NCBI GenBank assembly: GCA_002269645.1
Contig: NIVC01003086.1
Location: 1-64,000, forward strand
Source of the DNA: Macrostomum lignano
Taxonomy: Eukaryota
Direction: 5' to 3'
DNA length: 64,000 nt
A program made the translations under genes and the position numbers. Positions 53,216 through 64,000 of the stretch are shown in pieces. How positions within the stretch are numbered: position 1 is the stretch's first letter; each line of letters opens with the position of its first letter. Below the pieces are notes generated by a model. The model did no database searches. It was not told the DNA's origin and was given only the letters and a program-made list of their open reading frames with translations.

Positions 53216-54252
53216 GAGACAAGTTTCATTGAAGTGTCAGGTCGCCAGCAAGGACCACTGGACTAAGCTATTGTCACGTTTTCTTTGGAGACCAGTACGA
53301 GATACTATCAGAAATTATATAATTTGCTTTACGAATCATAAATATATTTAATTACTATGCTTAATGACCTGCTCGTTACTTTATTTTCCTATTTGACTCA
53401 AGACTACAATATCGAGTGTTTTCAAGCAACAGTTGCTACAATTAGTCACAAAGTGTGACAGTTGTAATCAGCTAGCAGTCAGCAGAGATATTTAACTGCG
53501 TCACTATCTACTGACTAAGTGGAATTATAGTCCGTACATTTTCAGTTGTAACCAGAGGGCCTCGAAACTCTTTACCGAAAGAAGAGGATTTTTCGATTCT
53601 AGCAACAGTATAATCTCATACAAATATGCACTATTCAGTAATTTTTTATAGCAAAATATTCTTCGGTAAAGATATCTATTTTTTGTGTATCGTGCGTTTG
53701 TGTACGAAAAATTCTCATGGCAGAAAACTTAACGAAAAATTTCTATAGAAGAAATTGAACTTGAAAAATGTATCGTAGTTTCAATTAGTGTGCACTAAAC
53801 ATTTAGTTGCATGTGGTTCCGTCAAGGACCACTATAACTGTTATATACAGGGTCCTTGTGTTTCGCTTGACCATTCAATATCGACATGACATCCAAAGGC
53901 ACCTACTGGTAGTAGTTTAGGTCGCTAAGTTATGAATTTTTGTTTTTTAAACTCTTACAAAATATCGGGAAAAATTTGCTTACATGTGATATATTCTAGT
54001 CTCTTTTTCAAATCTGATACCATTTGCATGTCTAGAAGAGCATAAAAAATGAATATTGATAATTATAATATGCATGTATAAATATAGCTCGTATCACGAT
54101 GAATAAAACAGGGAAAACCACCATGCAAAAATTGTTTATAGACTTTTTAAAACAAATCAGTATCCCAATAATCACAGCCTACTCCGCACTCTGTGCTAAT
54201 AACTCCCGAATCAGTAGTAGAATACATTTTATGTTCGATATTAACTATTGCG

Positions 54253-56076
54253 TCATAGGTGTCTCTTTTCCGTTACAATCGATCGGCTGCCCCGGTTTAG
54301 CGGCCTGCAGAGCGAGATAACCAGAGACGCCTTGCGTCCGGTCAGCCTCTCCCAAGCTCTGTACAGCCAGAAGAACGAGCATTCGCTAAACTCGGCGAAG
54401 CACAGCTTCATCAGGTAGCGACACTCTACGTCGTGCTCCATAGTGCTGCCAACTACGGATGACAGTACACCGATGACGAAGTTGATGAACATTACCGGCA
54501 TCAGCAGGATGAAGGCCACGTGAGTCAGCAGCAGGTCCGCCCTGTCCGTGTTTGGCTGGAAATTGTTTGTGTCGAATACATTCAACGTGACCAGGAAGCT
54601 GCTGTAGAAGGCGTAGAAAAAGTTGCTGGAATTTCCTGATTTGGTCGCGTTGCCAGCCACGACCGCCCCGTCCGCTCTCGATGAAATGTCAAACAGGCGC
54701 GAGAAGATCAGGAGCATCAACAGGTACACGATGAGAAAGTTGGCAAACATGGCCAAACTGCGATAAAAGCTGGTGAAGAATTTCGATACTATGGGCATCA
54801 GGCGACTTGGCGGGAGAATTGACAGCAGCAGATTGATGGTGAGTATCAGCAGCAGGCAACCAACCACTGGCCGGTAGGTCTCAGACCCCTTAGTTGAACT
54901 GCACATCACCTGCGGCGCCGTGAGCAGACCAATTAACAGTATTAGAGTGGGAATTAGCAGCAAAGTGGGCATCAGCCAAGCCAGCCCGTCCCAATCCATT
55001 TGTCTTGGCCCGGCTGGATAGCCCATCGAGCGGCGGTATCTCTCCTTGCGGCACTTGCCCATAATGACCATGGTCAGTGTGAACAGCTGGCACGCGAGGC
55101 AGGAGCACAGGACATACACAATGCCAGGCAGGCTTGCTTTGGGATCGCTGCACGCGCTGATAACGTATTGGCGAAAGTTTGAATTCAGAGTAGCCACCGT
55201 TAGAATCAGATTGAGCACTTTCTCCCCGATGAGTACGGCCAGGGTGAACCTGTGCCGTTTGTAGAATGCATCAATCCAAGGTCCAACTATCAGCGGCTTG
55301 CGGAACACCTTGGCCTTCTTAAGCTCTTCCACCTTAGACTCCCCGAAATAGTCGGCCATGATTGGCATGGCCGTGAGCATTCGGTCGGGTTCGGACGATA
55401 CGGTGAAGGAGAAGTCCAGCTGCACGTGCTCCATCAGGCCGGAAACCTCGCAGCTCAGCACGCCCAGGTGCGAGCGGTACATGAGGATGTCCACCCAGCC
55501 AACGTAGCCGCAGTAGATGCCCCAGTCGAGAGGCGTCATTTGGAAACAGTTTCGCTGGGCGGCCATCTTTGCCACCTGCTTTCTGGTGAAAAAGTCCCGC
55601 AAAAAGAACCGCAGATAGTCGGTAGCTTGAGTCATATTGCGCTTGCCCGGGTTCAACCGGTCAGTCTTCAGCATGGTCAGGCCGGAGAACAGCACGTGAT
55701 AGGCGTTGAAGCCGTACTCGATAATGCCAGAGAGATCCAGACTGTCCGCAGTTTGCTGCATCAGCAGGCAGCACCGTTTAGCATTGAACATGACGGCCAT
55801 CAAGAACGGGTTTGTGGTGAAGGGATGCCTGGCCAAGTATTTGTTGACTCGCAATTCGCTCTCGTACGTCCTGAACCGCATCGGGCAGTGCCGCTTCCGA
55901 CGACCGGCATCGTAGCTGCGCAGGAAACTTGGCCAGCTGACGCGGCTTGAGAACGACTTCATGTGGTTGACTTCATCGTTAACAATGCACTTCACTAATA
56001 GAGGCCATTGATCTTCGCTAATATAATCCCAGATGTCCTCAAGAGTGTTGGCGTCGTCGCTGCGAGTTGCTGTCAT
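54253..56076 (-). CDS. Divergent TRPV-like cation channel, single exon, 607 aa
   Basis: Degenerate ankyrin motifs (YGFNAYHVL; RNCFQMTPLDWGIYCG) and six hydrophobic segments. S5 MFANFLIVYLLMLLIFSRLF, pore helix FFYAFYSSFLVTLNVFD, S6 LLLTHVAFILLMPVMFINFVIGVLS. Confidence 0.8.
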   Translation of the reverse strand: MTATRSDDANTLEDIWDYISEDQWPLLVKCIVNDEVNHMKSFSSRVSWPSFLRSYDAGRRKRHCPMRFRTYESELRVNKYLARHPFTTNPFLMAVMFNAKRCCLLMQQTADSLDLSGIIEYGFNAYHVLFSGLTMLKTDRLNPGKRNMTQATDYLRFFLRDFFTRKQVAKMAAQRNCFQMTPLDWGIYCGYVGWVDILMYRSHLGVLSCEVSGLMEHVQLDFSFTVSSEPDRMLTAMPIMADYFGESKVEELKKAKVFRKPLIVGPWIDAFYKRHRFTLAVLIGEKVLNLILTVATLNSNFRQYVISACSDPKASLPGIVYVLCSCLACQLFTLTMVIMGKCRKERYRRSMGYPAGPRQMDWDGLAWLMPTLLLIPTLILLIGLLTAPQVMCSSTKGSETYRPVVGCLLLILTINLLLSILPPSRLMPIVSKFFTSFYRSLAMFANFLIVYLLMLLIFSRLFDISSRADGAVVAGNATKSGNSSNFFYAFYSSFLVTLNVFDTNNFQPNTDRADLLLTHVAFILLMPVMFINFVIGVLSSVVGSTMEHDVECRYLMKLCFAEFSECSFFWLYRAWERLTGRKASLVISLCRPLNRGSRSIVTEKRHL

Positions 56077-56344
56077 TTTTTAATTGACAATGAATGAAAA
56101 ATCGAAGACTGGTGTAGTTTAACCATAGTTTTAATAGCGATTGACTTTTGCGGAGAGCCAATTCGATTCCAACAAGCTGAGGGCCAATCGGGTGAGTTTG
56201 GGGACTTGGAAGCAGTTCGTACCGGTACCGGATAGGGGATATGCGTTGGGCTCAGCAAAACCATACCTTTTAGGGTGATCCAGAAAGGTATTTTATCAAA
56301 AATGAAATCGGCAGTTTCATTTCGTCATTTCGTGCCAAACGGGT

Positions 56345-56578
56345 CTGGGTCGTTTCTGTGATACGTCGTTTCTGTGACACGTCGTTTCTGTGACACGTCG
56401 TTTCTGTGACACGTCGTTTCTGTGACACGTCGTTTCTGTGACACGTCGTTTCTGTGACACGTCGTTTCTGTGAAACGTCGTTTCTGTGACACGTCGTTTC
56501 TGTGACACGTCGTTTCTGTGACACGTCGTTTCTGTTACACGTCGTTTCTGTGACACGTCGTTTCTGTGACACGTCGTT
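56345..56578. repeat. 16-bp minisatellite (resumes at 57224-57265 after an insertion)
   Basis: Unit GTGACACGTCGTTTCT. Confidence 0.92.
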
Positions 56579-57223
56579 GCATGCAATGATGGGTTCAGCA
56601 CGCCTGTGTAGCATGAGACAGACCAGGCCTACGAGCTAAGGTCTGCAATCCTACACACCTGCACCCCCTCTATTCTGGTGCAGGAATGGCAGGAGAACTC
56701 TCTCCAAGCTGACTCGCAAGCCGACCCAGGGCTTCACGCCCCGCATGTGTTCAAGGCAGCTCTGGGGCTGCTGGACTGACTGGGCTCCGGCGGCGGCAAC
56801 CCATCCGTGGCCTTGGCTTCTGTCTCGGCCGTTTTGGGTATGCGGCTAGTCCACAGGCTCCGGAGGCAGTCCTCCTGCTTCCCTCAAGGGCCCAGTGTAG
56901 TACCGTGCTGATGGACCTTTGGTTCGGCCTCTGGTTTTCTCCAAGCCGGGCTCTTATCCGGGGAGTTTCTCGGTTGATAGCAGTCGGACTGGTAAGGGCT
57001 TAAGCCACCCCCCGGTCGCTATCTCTTGGCCTGGCTGTTGGGTTTGGGGCTGCGGCCCAGCGGCTTCTCACCTCTAGCCCCCACTCGCCTTTCAGCGACT
57101 CTTGGAGTAGCACCAGCTGCCCGTGGTCGTCAGGGGTTAGCAAAATGAACGGCAACGCCTCCTCGCTGTTTCCGGATGCACGGAGCCCCCTGCAGCTAAG
57201 TCAAGTAAGTCAATTGATACATA
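56579..57223 (+). mobile_element. 645-bp GC-rich insertion splitting the 16-bp array; non-LTR-derived-like, candidate 5' HDV-like ribozyme
   Basis: The array stops at 56578 and resumes in register (GTT overlap) at 57224. Short tandem tail TAAGTCAAG-TAAGTCAA at 57197-57213. No intact ORF. Orientation uncertain. Confidence 0.55.
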
Positions 57224-60200
57224 GTTTCTGTGACACATCGTTTCTGTGATACGTCGTTTCTGTTGGCACGCCTTTTCTGTCAGCCAAGTTGATAGTGAAA
57301 GTCCCAAAAAATGGCAAGAACTGCCAAATAAAATCCAAATGTCAACTTAAAATCTAAAACTACAGTTGTCTGAAAAAATTGTGGCAGTTTTGTTTTTACT
57401 CCGATAAGTGCTAACAGCATTGTCCAAAAGTTACTCTGGCAGTTTTATTACCTGAGAGCTCATCTATCTACTATAAACACGTTTTATAAACCTGAAAAGA
57501 GCCGGGAGTGGCGATTGAGCGATTGACCTGCAGCTAAAACTGATTCCCGATAAGATAATTAGCCAGAGCGGACGTCAGACCGACGTTTTTCGCGTCAGAT
57601 GCGCGGAGAGCCGCTAAGAGGGTTAATTCAGCCCAGGTTAATTAAATTACGACTGCCAGGAGATGGTGGTGAATGAAGCAGAAATCAAGCACAGCAGCAT
57701 TATTGAGCACACGCGCTAAGCCTGCATACATGGCATTCAGATAGTTCAAACACAGCTGCAGCATTAGGTTGCACTCAACCAATTCCAAGGATATTGCTGC
57801 AATGTCAACTGTGCAGTGTGTTTAATAAAACTTGCTCAGATATAAAACTGTGCAAATATAAAACAAGCTCCAGTTACAGTAATGAATTCATGTAGCTATA
57901 CATGTACTTGCAAACTATGTTCCTAAGCATCTCATCGCAATGTATATTACTGTTAATGCTGTAGAGAAGTTTCAGCTACATATTGTGCATAGAGCATGTT
58001 CATGCGTACACGAATTCAAAAAGAGGGAATGTTTAATTTTTCGTCCAGTATATTTGTCAAGCAATACTCTGTCATTATTGTTTACATTTTTCTATAACTA
58101 AGTGTATCAAAAGCACACTGGGACATTTTTGTCAAGCCTGAGCACTGCACCATATGCGATCTATCCGCGTACTTTTATCGCAATATAACTTTTGGTAACT
58201 TTGGAAAGAATTGCAGACGTTCCTATAGGGGCCTCTGCAGTGCAGTTCCCGTTGCTGCATATCAATCACTTCTATGCTGAGTCAACTACTCGTAAGAGTA
58301 TTATATGTAGCTGCCCCGTGGACAGAATTTTCAATTTTTATCGATGAAGATTTACGAAATATGAGCAAGTTTATTGGGAATTTTAGACTGATAGACTAAT
58401 AGACTGATTGGGAATTATGATTATAGGCTGAATACTTGTAGTTACTAATGTCCCAAAAAAGCAGCTTGTGCTGCGCAAAAGTAAGGATTGGGCCACCAGC
58501 TCAATTCTAGGAAAAAAGGCGCCATTCTAAAAGTTAAAGCGCCATTCTGTGAATCTGGGCGCCAATCTGGGAACGAAGGCGTCACTTTAGGAAGACTTTA
58601 TGCCAGGCCATGAATGTGTATAAAAAATTTTAACACTTTGGGCCCATGATGACTCTATTAATGGGTTTCGATTTTTGATCATCCTGACGGACATTTGGAA
58701 CCTCCACCTATATATTTATATCGCTAATCGTAATTCAGATAAATTTATAGTAGCTCGTATATATGCAATATATATTAACTAGTAAAGAATTTTTGAAACA
58801 GCTCAAATAGTTACTTTGCATTAGGCTGTCAATTAATCATCGACGGTGCGGCTCCACATGATGTGTACATTAAAATGATTGAGAAACACACATTAGTAAA
58901 GATGTTGAGTCAATGTGTTAGACGTAACATGCAGATATTACCAGCCTTTTTCTAAAAGTGCTTCATGAACTACGAGCGTATAGGCCTTATTACACAACAC
59001 AATAAGAGTTACTTTTGCCTTTAGGCTTGTTCTGTACTTCTACTTTAGTTGCCCTTGAGCAGGTCTTATATGTGTATATTAATTAGGCTTTGCCTATGAC
59101 AAAAGAACATCAAATCTAATGAAAAAGTCGATCAGCAACTATAGATATCAACCGTCCGAAAGCAAATAGGCCACATGTAGCAGACGTACGTATATTGTGT
59201 AATCCAAGAGTTGAATCGTTGGCTTGTTTCATGTAGAGCAAGATAAAAGCCAATAAAAGGACAATCATGTACACCAGTCTCAGAAATCATTTCATGATGG
59301 CCTAGACAGCTCAGCTCGTGAAACACAAAGAAATTAGTTTTTAAAAACTAAAGGGACGTCAGATTTAAATAAATGTTTCTAAATGTTTTGGCTTTTTTAA
59401 GTACGTGTCATGCTAAGTATCTTTCCCAGTTGGAGTAAACCATTATGTCACTGCTTTAGCAGCACCGAAAGTACAATTTTCTTGATGATTTATGATAGTC
59501 AATTTGAAATTTGAAAACCGATATAGCGTGTATGTACAACTCATAATATAAAACAATAGTTAAAAATCCGCGAGCTTAGCAAGTAGCATGCATTAACAAA
59601 GCCGATCACTAAGTGAATGACTCTAAAAGCAAAGACACATTGTAATAGAATTTATTGGTTGTTATTTCTATTTAACAAAAAATTTCGCAGTATAATCTTT
59701 TATATTGCAGTATCTGTATTAAATTATAATGTCTTCATATTCAAACGAGACTGTTTCGCAAATTTTCTATGATGAATAGTTCTCTTCTTTTTCTTAAATT
59801 GCATTTTTTTCTTCTGTAGTTGTTAAGTCTTTGCAGTTTTATAGTTTTATATATGTGAAAATATTTTATATCTAGACATGCTAGGTGGTGGAGTATCGAA
59901 TTAATTAATAACATTTAAGTAGTCCAGCCAAACCTGAAACAAACCACCTGCTGCTTTCTTTCCTTTTCTAAATAAGCTCCTTTTTCTGTTTTCAACATCT
60001 TAACTACCAACTACTGCATTTTGTCTGTAGCAAATTATGTATCCCTAACGCCATTTATCTGATAGCTGTATTAAAAAGCCACGTAGGCCTAATGCACAAA
60101 ACTTTTTAAAAATAAAAAATCACATTAGGGCCTAGGCCTATAGCAAAGTGTCTCAAGACAATATCAATAGTTGAATGTTTACTATGACATTATTATTATT

Positions 60201-60959
60201 CTTCTATAAGAGCCTATCCATATATATTCACTTTTGTTTTGCAATAATTTAAGTAGAGAGATTTTATAAAGCTTATTATAGGACAAAACTGAAAAGAGAT
60301 TAGGCACTAGAATAAAGCACATTTAGCACTAAATAGCACTAAAACAGATGTCTACAACATTAAAATCCTATATACTAAAAATGAAAATCTTGCTTGCTTG
60401 TAATCGATTAGAGAAAAAATGGCTTAACCGATTTTCATGAGACTTGCACTGTTTGATCAGAAATTTTCCCGTGACGGTACATGCATCTTGGCTAAAAAAT
60501 TGCTCCATGTTAAAGGGATTAAATATTCGAAAAACATGCTTTTTTGCAAAGGTCAAGCAAACTTTTCGACTTGAAATGCATTGTAAGAATGCTAGAAAAA
60601 AAACTGACTGGTTGAATTCTGATTCTGAAATAGATTGCATCATAACTGAATTGTAACTCTGACTTGAATTGAAAATGCAGTGTGGAAGCGTAGCACCAGA
60701 CTTGATTTAAATTGCGTAACCATATTGTTAACTGATACTGACTGACTGAGAAATTGATTATGTCATAACTGCCTCGTGTGATTTACTCCATGCTTGGAGT
60801 TTTGAAACTTATAATTATAAGTGCTAAAATTCATATTATCAAAACGATGAGAGCTAGCCTAGAGGTAAACAGACTGACTGCTAAATGCAGGGACAATGGT
60901 TCGAATTTTTAGAGAGTGGAATTTTTTTAATTAAAGCTTTTTAACACCAAGAAGAAAAC

Positions 60960-62420
60960 TAAAAAATCATAGAAGCGTCATGTAAAAAATCATAGAAGCG
61001 TCATGTAAAAAATCATAGAAGCGTCATGTAAAAAATCATGGAAGCGTCATGAAAAAATCATAGGAGCGTCATGAAAAAATCATAGAAGCGTCATGTAAAC
61101 AATCATAGAAGCGTCATGTAAAAAATCATAGAAGCGTCATGTAAACAATCATACGAGTAGAAGCGTCATGTAAACAATCATAGAAGCGTCATGCAAAAAA
61201 TCATAGAAGTGTCATATAAAAAATCATGGAAGCGTCATGTAAAAATCATAGAAGCGTCATGAAAAAATCATAAAAGCGTCATGTAAAAAATCATAGAAGC
61301 GTCATGAAAAAAAATCATGGAAGCGTCATGTAAAAATCATAGAAGTGTCATGTAAAAAATCATGGAAGCGTCATGTAAAAAATCATAGAAGCGTCATGTA
61401 AAAATCATAGAAGCGTCATGTAAAAATCATAGAAGCGTCATGTAAAAAATCATGGAAGCATCATGTAAAAATCATAGTAGCGTCATGTAAAAAATCATAG
61501 AAGCGTCATGAAAAAATCATAGAAGCGTCATGTAAAAATCATAGAAGCGTCATGTAAACAATCATAGAAGCGTCCTGCAGATATCGTAGAAGCGTCATGA
61601 AATAATCATAGAAGCGTCATGTAAAAAGCATAGAAGCGTCATGTAAAAAATCATGGAAGCGTCATGTAAAAATCATAGTAGCGTCATGTAAAAATCATAG
61701 AAGCGTCATGAAAAAATCATAGAAGCGTCATGAATAAAACATAGGAGCGTCTTGAAAAAATCATAGAAACGTCATGTAAAAATCATAGAAGCGTCATGTA
61801 AAAATCATAGAATCGTCATATAAAAAGCATAGAAGTGTCATGTAAACAATCATAGAAGCGTCATATAAAAAGCATAGAAGCGTCATATAAACAATCACAG
61901 AAGCGTCATGAAAAAATCATGGAAGCGTCATGTAAAAATCATAGAAGTGTCATGTAAAAAATCATGGAAGCGTCATATAAAAAGCATAGAAGCGTCATAT
62001 AAACAATCACAGAAGCGTCATGAAAAAATCATGGAAGCGTCATGTAAAAATCATAGAAGTGTCATGTAAAAAATCATGGAAGCGTCATGAAAAAATCATA
62101 GAAGCGTCATGAAAAGATCATAGGAGTGTCATGAAAAAATCATAGAAGCATCATGTAAAAATCATAGAAGCGTCCTGCAGAAATCGTAGAAGCATCATGT
62201 AAAAATCATAGAAGCGTCATGAAATAATCATAGAAGCGTCATGTAAAAAGCATAGAAGCGTCATGTAAAAAGCATAGAAGCGTCATGTAAACAATCATAG
62301 AAGCGTCATGAAAAAATCATAGAAGCCTCATTTAAAAACTAATGAAAGCGTCATTTAAAAAATTAAGAAGCATCATGGAAGAATAAAAGAAGTGTAATGT
62401 AAAAATCAAAAGAAGCGTCA
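60960..62420. repeat. 20-21-bp minisatellite inside the Helitron
   Basis: Unit AAAATCATAGAAGCGTCATGT. Confidence 0.93.
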
Positions 62421-63204
62421 TGTCAGACATGAAGGATGTCATGTAAAAATGAAATGCAGCTATAATGCTGTGCTGGGAAGAAAAACTGAGACGTAAAGGC
62501 TCTCAGAGAATAACTGAGATTACGGGGGGGGTTTCTGAGATGTCAAAGCAAAAGTCAGAAGCTACTTCAAAGTTCATGTAATTTACTCAATTTTTTATTG
62601 CATTCTTTGTTGGCTCGCCATTGGGGGGGGTGCTGATAGAAGAAGAGTCATGTAAAAAATAAAAGTAGCACTATGTATACATAAAATAAAAGTCATGTCG
62701 AAGTTAAAAGATTCATTTGGGAATTGCTACGATGTCAAAGCTTGGTGGAAATCGTTATAGTGCTGTGATTCTTAAAGAAGGAATCACTAAAATGTCAAGG
62801 CTTAGGGGAGAAGAATTGCTGAGATTTCAAGGCTTTAGGTTGGGTTAAAGTTAGGTTTAGGTCAGGTTTGGGTTGAGGGTTATATTTTATCGGGTTTCAA
62901 GGTTAACAGTGGATTTTTTAGATTTCAAGGTTTATGGGGGCCATCGCTGACATGTCAAGGCTTACGGACGGGGGGGAATAGCTGAGATGTCAAGGCTCAC
63001 GGGGGTATAAATGAGATTTCAAGGCTAAAGTCAGAAGCTACATGTAGTTTATTGAAAACTTTTTATTACATTATTTGATGCCTCCTCAGGCGAGGGATCA
63101 CTGATAAAAAAAGCATTATGTAAAAAAATAAAAGAAGCTTATCGCTATAATGCTGTAGTAGTGCTATAATGACTATTAGAGAGAATTACTGAAATTTCAA
63201 TGCT

Positions 63205-63249
63205 TTAGGGTTAGGTTAGGGTTAGGGTTAGGGTTAGGGTTAGGGTTAG
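63205..63249 (+). repeat. Interstitial telomere-type (TTAGGG)n, ~7 units
   Basis: TTAGGG TTAGG TTAGGG x5 TTAG; degenerate copy at ~62833-62880. Confidence 0.85.
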
Positions 63250-63474
63250 AAGGTTGACAGATATTTTTAGATTTCCAAGGCTTATTGGGGGCATTGCTGA
63301 GATGTCAAGGGGGGGAAGTTGATATGTTAAAGCTAGGGGGGGGGGAATTACTGACATGTCAAGGCTTACAAGGTTTGACAGGAGATTTTTTAAGATTTCA
63401 AGGATACATGTAGCTTATTAAAAAAACGTGTATTGCATTTCTTTGGCTCCCCAACGGGGGGCGTAGATTGCTAG

Positions 63475-64000
63475 TCCATATACTAAAAATGGTCTGTCGG
63501 TATATGTGTGTGTGTGTGATCGATTTTAGCAAAAACGGCTCAACTGATTTTGTTCGAACTTGCACTGTTCAATCAGAAATTTTTCCGTGACGGTACATGC
63601 ATCTTGGCTAAGAAATTGCTCAATATTAAAGGGATTAAATATTCGAAAAACATGCTTTTTTGCAAAGGTCAAGCAGCTCTTTCGACTTGAAATGCATTGT
63701 GAGAATGCTAGCAGAAAAACTGACTGGTTGAATTCTGATTCTGAAATAGATTGCATCACAATACACTTTATTTATCGTCTGTGTACTGGCTGAATTTGAC
63801 ACTCAATTGAATTGCGTCACAGCTTTGAGTGTGAAAGCATAGCGCAGTACTGAATTTATATTATGTAACCATATTGTTAACTTTCATAGACACTGGTACT
63901 GACTTGCCTAAGAAATTGATTATGTCATAACTGCTTCGTGTGACTTTTTACTCTACCTGACTTGGTGTGAGTGTTGAATCACTGATAACTTCGATGAGAG
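63475..64000 (+). mobile_element. Second, related Helitron copy (5' part, runs off the window)
   Basis: Begins TCCATATACTAAAAATG immediately after the CTAG. Clearly homologous to 60366-60860, with shared spurious 70-91 aa ORFs on both strands. Confidence 0.72.

Larger units (their letters stand above)
60366..63474 (+). mobile_element. Non-autonomous Helitron-like element (~3.1 kb)
   Basis: 5' A|TCCTATATACTAAAAATG. 3' GC hairpin GCTCCCCAACGGGGGGC about 7 nt before the terminal CTAG (63471-63474), followed by T. Internal minisatellite. Confidence 0.72.

Noticed and set aside
57127-57168. GCCTCCTCGCTG (identical to the HDV genomic P3/L3) and a minus-strand CTGACGA hammerhead core
   Set aside because: P3, P2 and P1 partners do not close for the HDV motif, and stems II/III do not flank a GAAA correctly for a hammerhead.
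57600-57626. piggyBac-like end ...CTAAGAGGG|TTAA
   Set aside because: No matching opposite TIR found nearby.
59180-59300. Signal-peptide-like minus-strand exon MIVLLLAFILLYMKQAND
   Set aside because: No downstream exons identifiable, and hydrophobic runs are common by chance in AT-rich DNA.
63205-63249. True chromosome end
   Set aside because: Only ~7 units, embedded inside a mobile element with sequence continuing on both sides.

Overview
Eukaryotic (metazoan) genomic DNA. GC-rich exons with poly-Ala/Gly/Gln runs sit in AT-rich introns that are almost all filled by their own private minisatellite. This resembles a repeat-rich flatworm such as Macrostomum, which is an inference only. Five protein-coding genes can be assembled by hand with GT-AG splice sites and consistent phases: POLD4 (+), a NAGPA/uncovering-enzyme-like gene (-), ANKRD60-like (+), OXR1/NCOA7-like LysM-GRAM-TLDc (-), and an intronless divergent TRPV-like channel (-). 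Also present are tRNA-Leu(AAG), a decayed hAT transposase, an ~11 kb homogeneous 60-bp satellite, about 20 smaller tandem arrays, a 1.67 kb foldback element with 378-bp TIRs and an 8-bp TSD, and head-to-tail non-autonomous Helitrons carrying (TTAGGG)n. The most interesting leads are the NAGPA paralog, whose two catalytic signature motifs are both replaced (candidate pseudoenzyme), and a 645-bp insertion whose first nucleotide starts a near-consensus HDV-like ribozyme fold. Most long ORFs in the supplied track are tandem-repeat artefacts. All family assignments rest on remembered motifs; no database searches were run.
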